From: a virus
Lineage: Duplodnaviria > Heunggongvirae > Uroviricota > Caudoviricetes
Direction: 5' to 3' (one strand)
DNA: 64,000 nt
IMG/VR virus record: IMGVR_UViG_3300046533_001163
The notes under the pieces were generated by a model, which was not told the DNA's origin, ran no database searches, and saw only the letters and a program-made list of their open reading frames with translations. This document shows, in pieces, positions 1-8,086 of the stretch (position 1 is the stretch's first letter; every line of letters starts with the position of its first letter). The position numbers and the translations under genes are program-made.

Positions 1-930
1 GTACCGCCAAAGTTCAAAAACCTGTCCTGCCGTAAAAGGTTCGGCGTAAAGACGGAAGTCACGTATCGGTCCTACGAAGTCATGGCTTGCACTAGCTCCG
101 CTAGTGGCAACCTGCCCACCGATGGTAATAGCCTGATTAGCACAAGATAATACTCCAGCAGCGTTTGCGCTGCTGGAGTTACTCGTAGCAATTAATTGTC
201 CATTAATATAAAAAGACTGAGGTCGTGGTGATGGAAATCCTGTAAACTTACTTACAACACAAGCATGTATCCATTCGCCAGGATTATCATCAATCCTAAT
301 AACAAAGTCATTACCGGCATAAATGTTATCGATCCAGTGTAATTCACGAGTATGAGGATCGTACCAGAGGTACCATCCTTGAATTGTCGCTGGCCCACTA
401 TCATGAGGAACATGATTGCCAACAATAACATAGGTAAAACCAATAGAAGCTTGGTCCGGCGGTATCATAAACCAAATTGACATTGTCCAGCCGACTGATT
501 CTGAATTTACAATTTGCGGAATAGAGCACTGGGTAGGTACAGTAATATAATTACTGACGGCGGTCATATTAAACACCATACCGAAATATGTGTCATATAT
601 CCACTGACCAGTTAGATGACCTGTCAACGAGCCGTTAAAGTGGTTTGGTCCTACGTCCCTAACTGGCCAGCCGCCGGAAGTGCTGGTCCCGTTGGAATCT
701 CCAGAACCATCGTTCAACGGCATGGCCAACACAAGTGTTGGCGTGAACTGTGAACTACCTTCGTTAATGCCAGGACACCAGCGTCCTCCCCACTCTACGT
801 TTGTAATACAAGGACGAACATCGGGGACTGAGCCAGAGAACGACTGGATAGAAACTAGCTGACCGTCCGTACTGGCCGTGAAAGTAGGATTAATAGTAGA
901 AAATGTGGGCAAAGTACGGACTAGGGCCAT
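1..930 (-). CDS. LamG/concanavalin A-like jelly-roll domain protein, probable virion/tail protein; 3' end runs off the window (not in ORF track)
   Basis: Manual translation: ATG at 930, no stop down to position 1 (310 codons): MALVRTLPTF...MPLNDGSG...DVGPNHFNGSLTG...WTMSIWF...EWIHACVV...FYINGQLIAT...ITIGG...FVGPIRDFRLYAEPFTAGQVFELW. Typical Laminin_G_3 pattern; preceded by TAAATA-atat-ATG. Confidence 0.85.
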   Translation of the reverse strand, partial: MALVRTLPTFSTINPTFTASTDGQLVSIQSFSGSVPDVRPCITNVEWGGRWCPGINEGSSQFTPTLVLAMPLNDGSGDSNGTSTSGGWPVRDVGPNHFNGSLTGHLTGQWIYDTYFGMVFNMTAVSNYITVPTQCSIPQIVNSESVGWTMSIWFMIPPDQASIGFTYVIVGNHVPHDSGPATIQGWYLWYDPHTRELHWIDNIYAGNDFVIRIDDNPGEWIHACVVSKFTGFPSPRPQSFYINGQLIATSNSSSANAAGVLSCANQAITIGGQVATSGASASHDFVGPIRDFRLYAEPFTAGQVFELWRY

Positions 931-958
931 ATATTATTTAGAGAATCTCAACTATATT

Positions 959-1810
959 ATGGGCATGCCGCCAGATATAGCTCCAATAAGAAATAAAACA
1001 GCAAAAGATAAACCATGGGAAGGCAATATAAGTAAGAAACCATGGGATTATCAGGTGAGCGCCACGATAGCAGTATTAGACGCTGTAGAGCCACTAAAAC
1101 TCGCCGTCCAGTTACTACAACTACAAACAATCAAGCCTTATATCATTTTAGTAGATACTGGGAGTACGCCAGAAAACTACAAGGAAATAGAACAACTAAG
1201 ATCTGAAAACATAGAAGTCCATTCTTTAAAACTAAATGCAGTAGAGCACCCCTCAGACTTTGTGGCGATGGCATGTGATTTAGCCGGGTCGGTATGTAGA
1301 ACAAAGTATATGCTATGGACACATGCCGATTGTTTCTTAACACGAAGAGATGTAATAGAAGAATTACTTGAATTATGCGACACAGAAAATCCGGTTGTCG
1401 GCTACCGATTATCGCCTAGAGCACACGACAACTGGAAAGATATGTTCGGCCATACGCTGACTATGACTGAAATGAGCAAGTACTTAGAATACAGAATAAT
1501 GTGGAATTTAAAACAATTCTGTAATTTTTATGGCTTCCCAAATCACAAGCCAGATGAATCGCGGCCCAATTTACCAGACACAGAATATTTTGCTAATTTA
1601 ATATACCAAGACTGTGGGGTTAAAGCCACACTAATCGGCGACGAAGAAAACTTCAAGAGAAATATAACAGATCATTTTGACCATTGTAGATCTTTTGCAT
1701 CAGGCATGCTGTACGCGCCGGAATACTATAAAATATGCCAAACATGGATGAATGATGCCATGAAAGATGCGAGAGCTAGAATTAAAGAGTGGGGAAAAGA
1801 TGGATTGTAG
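959..1810 (+). CDS. GT-A fold (GT2-like) glycosyltransferase
   Basis: IILVDTGS and MLWTHADC motifs. Start moved from GTG 878 to ATG 959 because 878-930 overlaps the divergent LamG gene. Confidence 0.65.
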   Translation: MGMPPDIAPIRNKTAKDKPWEGNISKKPWDYQVSATIAVLDAVEPLKLAVQLLQLQTIKPYIILVDTGSTPENYKEIEQLRSENIEVHSLKLNAVEHPSDFVAMACDLAGSVCRTKYMLWTHADCFLTRRDVIEELLELCDTENPVVGYRLSPRAHDNWKDMFGHTLTMTEMSKYLEYRIMWNLKQFCNFYGFPNHKPDESRPNLPDTEYFANLIYQDCGVKATLIGDEENFKRNITDHFDHCRSFASGMLYAPEYYKICQTWMNDAMKDARARIKEWGKDGL

Positions 1811-1826
1811 AATGTTTTAGTATATT

Positions 1827-2510
1827 CTACATCTCTAATCTTGTTAATATTCTACTGATAATTTCATGACGAACAATATCTTCTGGTCCAAGTCTGATAA
1901 CGCTTATTAAATCTAGGCCCTCTAATTTAGATGCCAATGATTCTAAAGCGCCCTGTTTAAATTTAGGAAGATCAGACTGGACCGTGTCTCCAGTAATCAC
2001 CATCTTAGAACCCTCGCCGAACCGAGTTAACAACATTTTAATCTGTTCAAGTGTAGCATTCTGGCATTCATCCGCGATAATAAATGCATTTTTAAATGTA
2101 CGACCACGCATATAATTAAGAGGCAATATTTCAATCTGCTCTATTTCAGAAACATCACGCCTTGACGAGTTTTTAATTTCATCAAATAATGGGTGCATAT
2201 AAGGCTCTATTTTTTCCAGGGCTGACCCAGGAAGATATCCGAGACTTCCGCCGGCTTCAACAACTGGCCTTGTCAATATAATTTTATCAACAAACTTATT
2301 GTGAAGATGCTCGGCGGCCGTCGCGGCTGCAATAAAAGTTTTGCCGGTTCCAGCACCACCAAGAACAAATGTAATTAAATTAGCGTTAATAGCATCAATT
2401 AATAAAGCTTGATTTTTAGTCCTAGGAATTAATTTTCTAGGAGGCAAAGGCTGATTTTCAGGTTTCCCTTTCCCCGACGACGCTTTTGCACGTTTGCGAT
2501 TTGCCATCAA
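1827..2510 (-). CDS. phoH: PhoH-family ATPase
   Basis: GGAGTGKT, LTRPVVEAG, LGYLPG, YMRGRTF, IIADECQN, LLTRFGEGSKMVITGDTVQSD, IVRH. Confidence 0.95.
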   Translation of the reverse strand: MMANRKRAKASSGKGKPENQPLPPRKLIPRTKNQALLIDAINANLITFVLGGAGTGKTFIAAATAAEHLHNKFVDKIILTRPVVEAGGSLGYLPGSALEKIEPYMHPLFDEIKNSSRRDVSEIEQIEILPLNYMRGRTFKNAFIIADECQNATLEQIKMLLTRFGEGSKMVITGDTVQSDLPKFKQGALESLASKLEGLDLISVIRLGPEDIVRHEIISRILTRLEM

Positions 2511-2537
2511 GTATATTTATCGTTATCAATATCAAAA

Positions 2538-2567
2538 AAAAATAGCCGTCATTTGACGGCTATTTTT
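2538..2567. terminator. Intrinsic terminator, bidirectional form
   Basis: AAAAATAGCCGTC-ATTT-GACGGCTATTTTT inverted repeat with T-tracts on both strands. Confidence 0.85.
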
Positions 2568-2813
2568 AGCGAAAGACTTCGTAAACTTAAGCCGTTAGGC
2601 TTGCGGAAGAGAAGAATCACATAATATTGGATTCCTAGAATGAAATAAAACTTTGCGAAGATTTAACCTGTGATGAATCAAATCTAGTTTTAGATCATTC
2701 CGAAAGGCAATAAAGCATACGCTAAAAACAATTTAATCAAAATCCTACCGCAACTATCTTGCTCTTTAACGTAAGCAAACTTCCCAACAACAACGATTGG
2801 TCTCGCTTATTAA
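2568..2813 (-). ncRNA. Candidate ~250-nt structured non-coding RNA
   Basis: Lies between a near-consensus sigma70 promoter and a terminator; no ATG-started ORF of note on the minus strand; several local hairpins. Confidence 0.45.
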
Positions 2814-2819
2814 TTGTGT

Positions 2820-2847
2820 ATTTTACCAGAAAAATCAATAATGTCAA
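2820..2847 (-). promoter_or_regulatory. sigma70-type promoter
   Basis: TTGACA-16 nt-TAAAAT with an extended -10 TG. Confidence 0.7.
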
Positions 2848-3599
2848 GACGACTTTACCAAAGACGATATCTCTGGCATTTTACGCATCTGAGCAGGAAT
2901 TTCTAGTGCGGCTTGCTCAGCAAATCTTTCATACAAAGAAACATCTAGTCCCGAAATATGATAATGATGAACAATGGATGCTTTCACGGCACGCGGCTTA
3001 TACCCCTTACCCGTCGCAGAAAGAGTGAATAAGAAAGATGCTCCAATGTGTGGTAGCGCTTCATTGAACGGCCCAACCTCGTCCCAGCACTTCCTGGTGA
3101 CCATCAGGCACCAATCCTGCAAATAGTCAATCTTCTGATCCTGCATTACATAATGATGCATCTGTGTTCCTACAATACCAGAATCCGATGAATCAGATAC
3201 GCCAATCAATAAATCAAGCCAAGCAGGATTGAGAACGCTAGTATCGGCATGCATAAAAACTAAATACGCCGAATTCTTATCCGCTGCTTTTGCGCCTTGA
3301 TTAGCAGCTTTGGTCCAGTAAAGGTTCTTCTCATTTCTGATTATCTTAATTCTACCATCATCTAATGTATCAAGGTAATCCTTAGAATCTTTGCTGGTTG
3401 ACCCATTATCTACGACAATAATTTCATAATTATTATTCACGCTACAAATAGAAATCGTTTGTAGGCACACACTAAGATACTCAGGCTTATCATTATGAAC
3501 TACGATAATAGAAACTTGCTCGTCGGTTGCATCGCCAGTTAAATCAATTACTAAATCAGGTCTAGCACCTTCAAGTGGGTTATGTGGTTTATTTGCCAT
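2844..3599 (-). CDS. GT2-family glycosyltransferase
   Basis: VSIIVV, YLSVCLQTI, EIIVVDNGS, NLYWTKAANQG, YLVFMHADT. Confidence 0.8.
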   Translation of the reverse strand: MANKPHNPLEGARPDLVIDLTGDATDEQVSIIVVHNDKPEYLSVCLQTISICSVNNNYEIIVVDNGSTSKDSKDYLDTLDDGRIKIIRNEKNLYWTKAANQGAKAADKNSAYLVFMHADTSVLNPAWLDLLIGVSDSSDSGIVGTQMHHYVMQDQKIDYLQDWCLMVTRKCWDEVGPFNEALPHIGASFLFTLSATGKGYKPRAVKASIVHHYHISGLDVSLYERFAEQAALEIPAQMRKMPEISSLVKSS

Positions 3600-3621
3600 T
3601 TTTATAACATTCCTTCAAAAC

Positions 3622-3632
3622 TATTATAGTCA
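3622..3632 (-). promoter_or_regulatory. TGACTATAATA promoter motif, copy 1
   Basis: Exact 11-mer also at 37380-37390 and 38756-38766, each 19-22 nt upstream of an ATG. Confidence 0.55.
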
Positions 3633-3839
3633 ATCAATCTCTATTTTGTATACTCCCACTTCACAAGCACAAGAAATAGAACCGGCACCAGGCACATCTA
3701 TCTTTTGTCTCGGATTAACTGCAAGAGCCTTGGCATATTCTTCTGCCTTAGCCTTATCCGAAAAGCCTTTTTCTGACTTAATAAAAATCATTTCACCATA
3801 CTCTTGGCGAGCTACCGTCATCACTACCCATGCCGTCAT
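3630..3839 (-). CDS. Hypothetical protein
   Basis: 69 aa, tightly packed with neighbours, GGAG SD upstream. Confidence 0.6.
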   Translation of the reverse strand: MTAWVVMTVARQEYGEMIFIKSEKGFSDKAKAEEYAKALAVNPRQKIDVPGAGSISCACEVGVYKIEID

Positions 3840-4054
3840 GAATTTTTACTCCTTATATTTTGAATTTTATTATTTAATCCTTGCATAAAACCACTCAAAG
3901 CACTATCTGGACAAGCGGCCATATCTTTAAACAAAGTATTATATGTCTTTTCGTCTAAATTCAATGATTTCAGATAAGATATAGAGCAATCCCTACTTAC
4001 CCCTATATTTTGAGCATCTATTTGCTGATTATAATTTATGGCAATTCTTGACAT
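3836..4054 (-). CDS. Hypothetical protein
   Basis: 72 aa, 4-nt overlap with the downstream gene. Confidence 0.55.
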   Translation of the reverse strand: MSRIAINYNQQIDAQNIGVSRDCSISYLKSLNLDEKTYNTLFKDMAACPDSALSGFMQGLNNKIQNIRSKNS

Positions 4055-4072
4055 TTATCTAAATATAGTAGT

Positions 4073-4354
4073 ATGAACTTTTTGGAATTCTTATATCATC
4101 ATGGATCGGGCGTAAGCCTAGCTCTGCCAACCGATATTATCATCGGCAAAATTACCGGAATATCGTATAAGACTAATCCTATACAACTAACGGTGCAAAA
4201 AAAGGACGGCGGAAGTATTACCGCATCCTTTAAAGACAGATTTGTATATGACTATATGGTCAGAAAGCAAAACCCAGAAGTGGGCAAAAATATAGAAATG
4301 CATCTGGGACCAGATAAAGTAATCAAATCAATAAAGATTACTTCTTCTCGCTAA
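4073..4354 (+). CDS. Hypothetical late protein (MNFLEFL N-terminus)
   Basis: 93 aa; TAAATA at 4060-4065 upstream. Confidence 0.55.
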   Translation: MNFLEFLYHHGSGVSLALPTDIIIGKITGISYKTNPIQLTVQKKDGGSITASFKDRFVYDYMVRKQNPEVGKNIEMHLGPDKVIKSIKITSSR

Positions 4355-4571
4355 GAAATTTTTTCCAAGCATCTTGTCCGGGTCCGTATGGAGAACGATA
4401 CCCGTCAGACATATGATGAGAGACTCCCTTAATTAATCCATCATGATTAGAGAGCTTGTCTGCCAACTTAGCAACAACAAAATCAGACAAAGAAAACTGT
4501 GAAAAGCGAACGCAATATAGGATTACGGATAGAACTAAGATAACGGCTATTTTTTTAATCATACTTTTCAT
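4338..4571 (-). CDS. Hypothetical protein with N-terminal signal/TM segment
   Basis: KKIAVILVLSVILYC; 4-nt overlap with dnaJ. Confidence 0.55.
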   Translation of the reverse strand: MKSMIKKIAVILVLSVILYCVRFSQFSLSDFVVAKLADKLSNHDGLIKGVSHHMSDGYRSPYGPGQDAWKKFLSEKK

Positions 4572-5629
4572 GCTCCAATAGTAAATTCAGTAACACTTTC
4601 TCTGAATATATCTATTGTTTTGCACGATAAGTTATTATTCTGCGTTAAGAAATCCTTGTAATTATCATTTATCTCATCTGGCAAGCATAATTTAACCCTT
4701 ACGATGAATTGGCCTGCATTACAATCACATATCACAAACTCTTTTCCATGCGAAGTAAAAGCAGGAATAGCCAAATTATGTAATTTTCCGTTAATATGAG
4801 GAACGTCTATGCTGCCGCCCAACACAGCCAAATGATATGAAATCGGCAAATCGCAAATAACATTTTGTTCTTCTCTATAAAAAAGCGGATGATTGGCAAC
4901 ATTAATAGTACAATATATGTCTCCATACTGACCATACGACCAACAGTTGCCAGCTCCAGCTAAGACAAACTGAGAATGATTATTGGTTCCAGCCGGTATT
5001 TTAACCTGGAAAGTTTCAGTATTAGATTTCAGGCAACTTCCCGAACATGACTGACATTTCTCTTTAATTGTTCTTCTCGCGCCGCCACAAGCCGCGCAGG
5101 ATGTAGATACTACAAACGGGCCTTGCCTGGTAGTAGACGAACCAGTGCCATTACAAACAATACATGTATTAAATGAATTTCCTAAATGGGAACCATTCCC
5201 CTTACAATCTTGACAAGCATTATGTCTGTTGACTATGATATGCTTATCACAACCAAAAGTAGCTTCCAAAAAACTAATTTCCATATCATATGCGATATGG
5301 GGATCTACATTATAAGTTTGTTGGCGATGATTATGGTTAAAGAATCCATTAAAGAATCCTCCAGCCATATCTGCGCCGAATGGATTACCGTATCCAGAAA
5401 CACCATCTCTCTTATCCACGCGGCCATACATATCAAACTGACGCTTAGATTCAGCATCGCCTAATATGTCATATGCTTCACTCACATCCTTGAAATTATC
5501 GGAAGCACCGGTATCCTTATTGGAGTCGGGATGATATTTTTTAGCAAGCTTTTTATAAGCTTTTTTTATTTCGTCTGCCGATGCGTTCGGATCAACATCT
5601 AATACTTCATAAGGATTTAAATTAGGCAT
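4568..5629 (-). CDS. dnaJ: DnaJ (Hsp40) co-chaperone
   Basis: J domain with HPD, G/F-rich linker, four CxxC(xGxG) zinc-finger repeats and C-terminal domain. Confidence 0.93.
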   Translation of the reverse strand: MPNLNPYEVLDVDPNASADEIKKAYKKLAKKYHPDSNKDTGASDNFKDVSEAYDILGDAESKRQFDMYGRVDKRDGVSGYGNPFGADMAGGFFNGFFNHNHRQQTYNVDPHIAYDMEISFLEATFGCDKHIIVNRHNACQDCKGNGSHLGNSFNTCIVCNGTGSSTTRQGPFVVSTSCAACGGARRTIKEKCQSCSGSCLKSNTETFQVKIPAGTNNHSQFVLAGAGNCWSYGQYGDIYCTINVANHPLFYREEQNVICDLPISYHLAVLGGSIDVPHINGKLHNLAIPAFTSHGKEFVICDCNAGQFIVRVKLCLPDEINDNYKDFLTQNNNLSCKTIDIFRESVTEFTIGA

Positions 5630-5650
5630 ACAATATAATAGCGAAAGCTA

Positions 5651-5953
5651 TTACTTCTTATCAAACGATATACCAACAAGATTGCCGTCATCTACGAAAT
5701 CAATCGTAGTTCCCTTGACCTTTTCTTTGGACTCTTGGTCGCATATAAACTTTAATCCACCGTGCTCACAAACTAAATCACCAGAATCCTTTTCCGATGT
5801 AATTTGAAACGTATACTGAAAATCATCATCGTCAGAAATAACGCCTATTCTAACAAAAATATCAGCCCCACCCTTTTTGGCATCTGCCCAAATTGGCGAA
5901 GAGTCAATAGCCTTTTTAATTTCCGTAGACGCCTTATCTGTAATCGTTAGCAT
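5651..5953 (-). CDS. HesB/IscA/ErpA-like protein lacking the Fe-S cysteines
   Basis: MLTITDKA...VRIGV...D.ES...KGTTIDFVD is the A-type carrier pattern, but GGC and CxC are absent. Confidence 0.7.
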   Translation of the reverse strand: MLTITDKASTEIKKAIDSSPIWADAKKGGADIFVRIGVISDDDDFQYTFQITSEKDSGDLVCEHGGLKFICDQESKEKVKGTTIDFVDDGNLVGISFDKK

Positions 5954-5978
5954 GTTTTTTTCCTTACCTTAATTAATT

Positions 5979-7193
5979 TCAGCACCAGTAGCACAAGAAG
6001 AAGCACTCACCGTTTCGTTCACCGAGAACGACAGGAGTTATAAATTCTGATTTAGTCAAATGCTGGTCAAGTGCAACAGAGGCAGGGTTAATTTCACTCT
6101 TTTCCTTGCTCTGGTGCCAATTTACCGCTACTTCTTTTCCGTCAATCATCAAGAGCCATTTTTCAGATTTTTTATCATGACAAAACTCACGAGCATCAAG
6201 ATGAAAGCTCGGACAAACAACCCAGTAATGATCAAAAATTGCTTTGCCGCCGGTCGCCGGGTAATGCTCAACTAACTTAAGAAGCTTCTCAACGCGAGGA
6301 GGCATAGGGGCATCAAAGGAATAAAGAGGATACTTATTAGGCTGATACTTTAAATTAGGTAAACCATAAGTATCAGCAATTTTCCAGAAAGCCAATTTGG
6401 CAGGAACCAAATCTCTAGAAACCTGTATGCAACGAGCGCCACTTTCCCATCTGAGGCCCATAGATTTAGCTAAGATCATTGCCGCGTCTACCATTTTTAA
6501 TCTTACGAACCCATAATATTGTTCGGATACTCTTTTCTTTGTGTAATCCATTTTAGTAGAAATCGCTCTACTAAAGGCTGCTGCCTGCACATCATCAAAT
6601 GCACTAAGCATTTTCTCTTGCGCGGCCAGTTCATCTACGTAATCATATCCACAATAATATGATTTAAAGGAATCAGGATGTACAGAGCATGGAGTCGCTT
6701 CCAAAACTCCGGCAAACGGAATACTATTTGGCTTTTTGATCTGCCTGGCTTTAATCCGCTCTTTATCGCTCTTTAAAATTCTAACTGGGGGACGAGAAAT
6801 TTCGTGACAAAAGTTCTTAGAAACTTCTTTAAACTTAGTAAACTGACTACGAATTAATTCTGATAATTCAGCGGTATTGTGGTCCCTAATATAAGCCGCA
6901 GATCCAATGGCTTCGCAAATCAAGGAAAACTTCTTGCGAGTTATGCCATGCTGACTAATAAAAGTAGCTAAATGTGGGTGGTCAACATCCACTCTCTGAC
7001 AGAATGAATTGATGCTTCTGCCAAACTTGCCCAAAACCAACTGGCAATCTTCTTCCTCTTGCCTAGCAATCCACTCCATCTTGCCGCTAATTTCGCGGTC
7101 TATAACGGTAGTGTCGCCATGTTTATTCTTAGCAATCTTGCCAGCGTCGGCTAAAATTGCTTCCTGAAATTCATCAACTTCTCTAACCGCCAT
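5979..7193 (-). CDS. Hypothetical protein, 404 aa
   Basis: Long ORF in the minus-strand operon; no family recognised. Confidence 0.75.
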   Translation of the reverse strand: MAVREVDEFQEAILADAGKIAKNKHGDTTVIDREISGKMEWIARQEEEDCQLVLGKFGRSINSFCQRVDVDHPHLATFISQHGITRKKFSLICEAIGSAAYIRDHNTAELSELIRSQFTKFKEVSKNFCHEISRPPVRILKSDKERIKARQIKKPNSIPFAGVLEATPCSVHPDSFKSYYCGYDYVDELAAQEKMLSAFDDVQAAAFSRAISTKMDYTKKRVSEQYYGFVRLKMVDAAMILAKSMGLRWESGARCIQVSRDLVPAKLAFWKIADTYGLPNLKYQPNKYPLYSFDAPMPPRVEKLLKLVEHYPATGGKAIFDHYWVVCPSFHLDAREFCHDKKSEKWLLMIDGKEVAVNWHQSKEKSEINPASVALDQHLTKSEFITPVVLGERNGECFFLCYWC

Positions 7194-7827
7194 TAGGCAC
7201 CTTATTTTCGCTTGTTAAGGATTTAGGTGAGGGAGTAATCGCCTTCTTAGGCGAAAGTTTCGCTATAATAGAACGTTCACTAAACGCAGGCTTACTCGTA
7301 ACTTCAGATACATCAGAAACGGCAGCTATTACAGAATTAATAATTTCAAACCACCTGTCTTTATGTGGTTGTATTTTTCTCTTCTTGGCTCTGACCTTCA
7401 ACTGAACATGAAAGCCTTTGGCAAGAAATTCTCTTAGTTTATTAATCTGAACATCTAAGTCATGTTGTTCAATATTAGGCGAAAACAATAACTCTTTTTC
7501 CGAAACAGAAACTTGACTTTTCCGTTTCTGCTTTTCCTTAAGACACTGTTCGTATTTAAACTTTCCATAATCTGCAACAATGCATATTGATACATTATCC
7601 TGTTTCGTAATTTCAATTAAGTCCAATCCGAAACCTTTTGCATATGTCAAAGCATCTTGCTTTGACATAACGCCTATCTGCTCCCCGTCTTTAACAACAC
7701 GGATCTTAAATGCGTAAATAGAATGGTTAATGTTGTTAGTCGCGTTTTTTGCAGAAAAATCTGAATTTCTCAAAGATTGTTCCTTAGAAGTACCCTTCTC
7801 GCTCAAGTTCCACGAACCTGAATTCAC
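7183..7827 (-). CDS. infC: Translation initiation factor IF-3
   Basis: IN..I...IRVV..GEQIGVMS...AL..A...GLDLIEI......C...DYGKFKYEQ, then KE..F.P.I..HDL. Probable start is TTG 7773 (AAGGA SD). Confidence 0.9.
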   Translation of the reverse strand: MNSGSWNLSEKGTSKEQSLRNSDFSAKNATNNINHSIYAFKIRVVKDGEQIGVMSKQDALTYAKGFGLDLIEITKQDNVSICIVADYGKFKYEQCLKEKQKRKSQVSVSEKELLFSPNIEQHDLDVQINKLREFLAKGFHVQLKVRAKKRKIQPHKDRWFEIINSVIAAVSDVSEVTSKPAFSERSIIAKLSPKKAITPSPKSLTSENKVPNGG

Positions 7828-8071
7828 CAGAATTCATCATATCAGTAGCGATGGAAAGAGTCAATGCGGATTCTACGTAAATTTCAAAAATACCAGGCTG
7901 AAAAAAACTTCTAATAGTACAATTTGGAGCAAACGATTTTACTAAGTACGATCCATAATCTTGCTCCACTCCAAGCTTTGTGCAGACATAAAGCTTCCCT
8001 GGTCTAAACTTAACCTCGCGACCGTTCCAAGTAGTCGTTTCACTTTTTCTGAAAAAACCATCACTCTTCAT
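7784..8071 (-). CDS. Hypothetical protein
   Basis: 95 aa, packed between infC and the decarboxylase. Confidence 0.55.
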   Translation of the reverse strand: MKSDGFFRKSETTTWNGREVKFRPGKLYVCTKLGVEQDYGSYLVKSFAPNCTIRSFFQPGIFEIYVESALTLSIATDMMNSGEFRFVELEREGYF

Positions 8072-8086
8072 AAAGACCTAACTTTC

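Noticed and set aside
152-179. Perfect 12-bp hairpin ACTCCAGCAGCG-TTTG-CGCTGCTGGAGT
   Set aside because: Inside the LamG coding frame, single copy, no U-tail; no function can be supported.
252-862. ORF-track entries 252-443 (-) and 680-862 (+)
   Set aside because: Out-of-frame or antisense shadows of the LamG gene.
878-958. GTG start at 878 for the GT gene
   Set aside because: Overlaps the divergent LamG start and its promoter; ATG 959 fits better.
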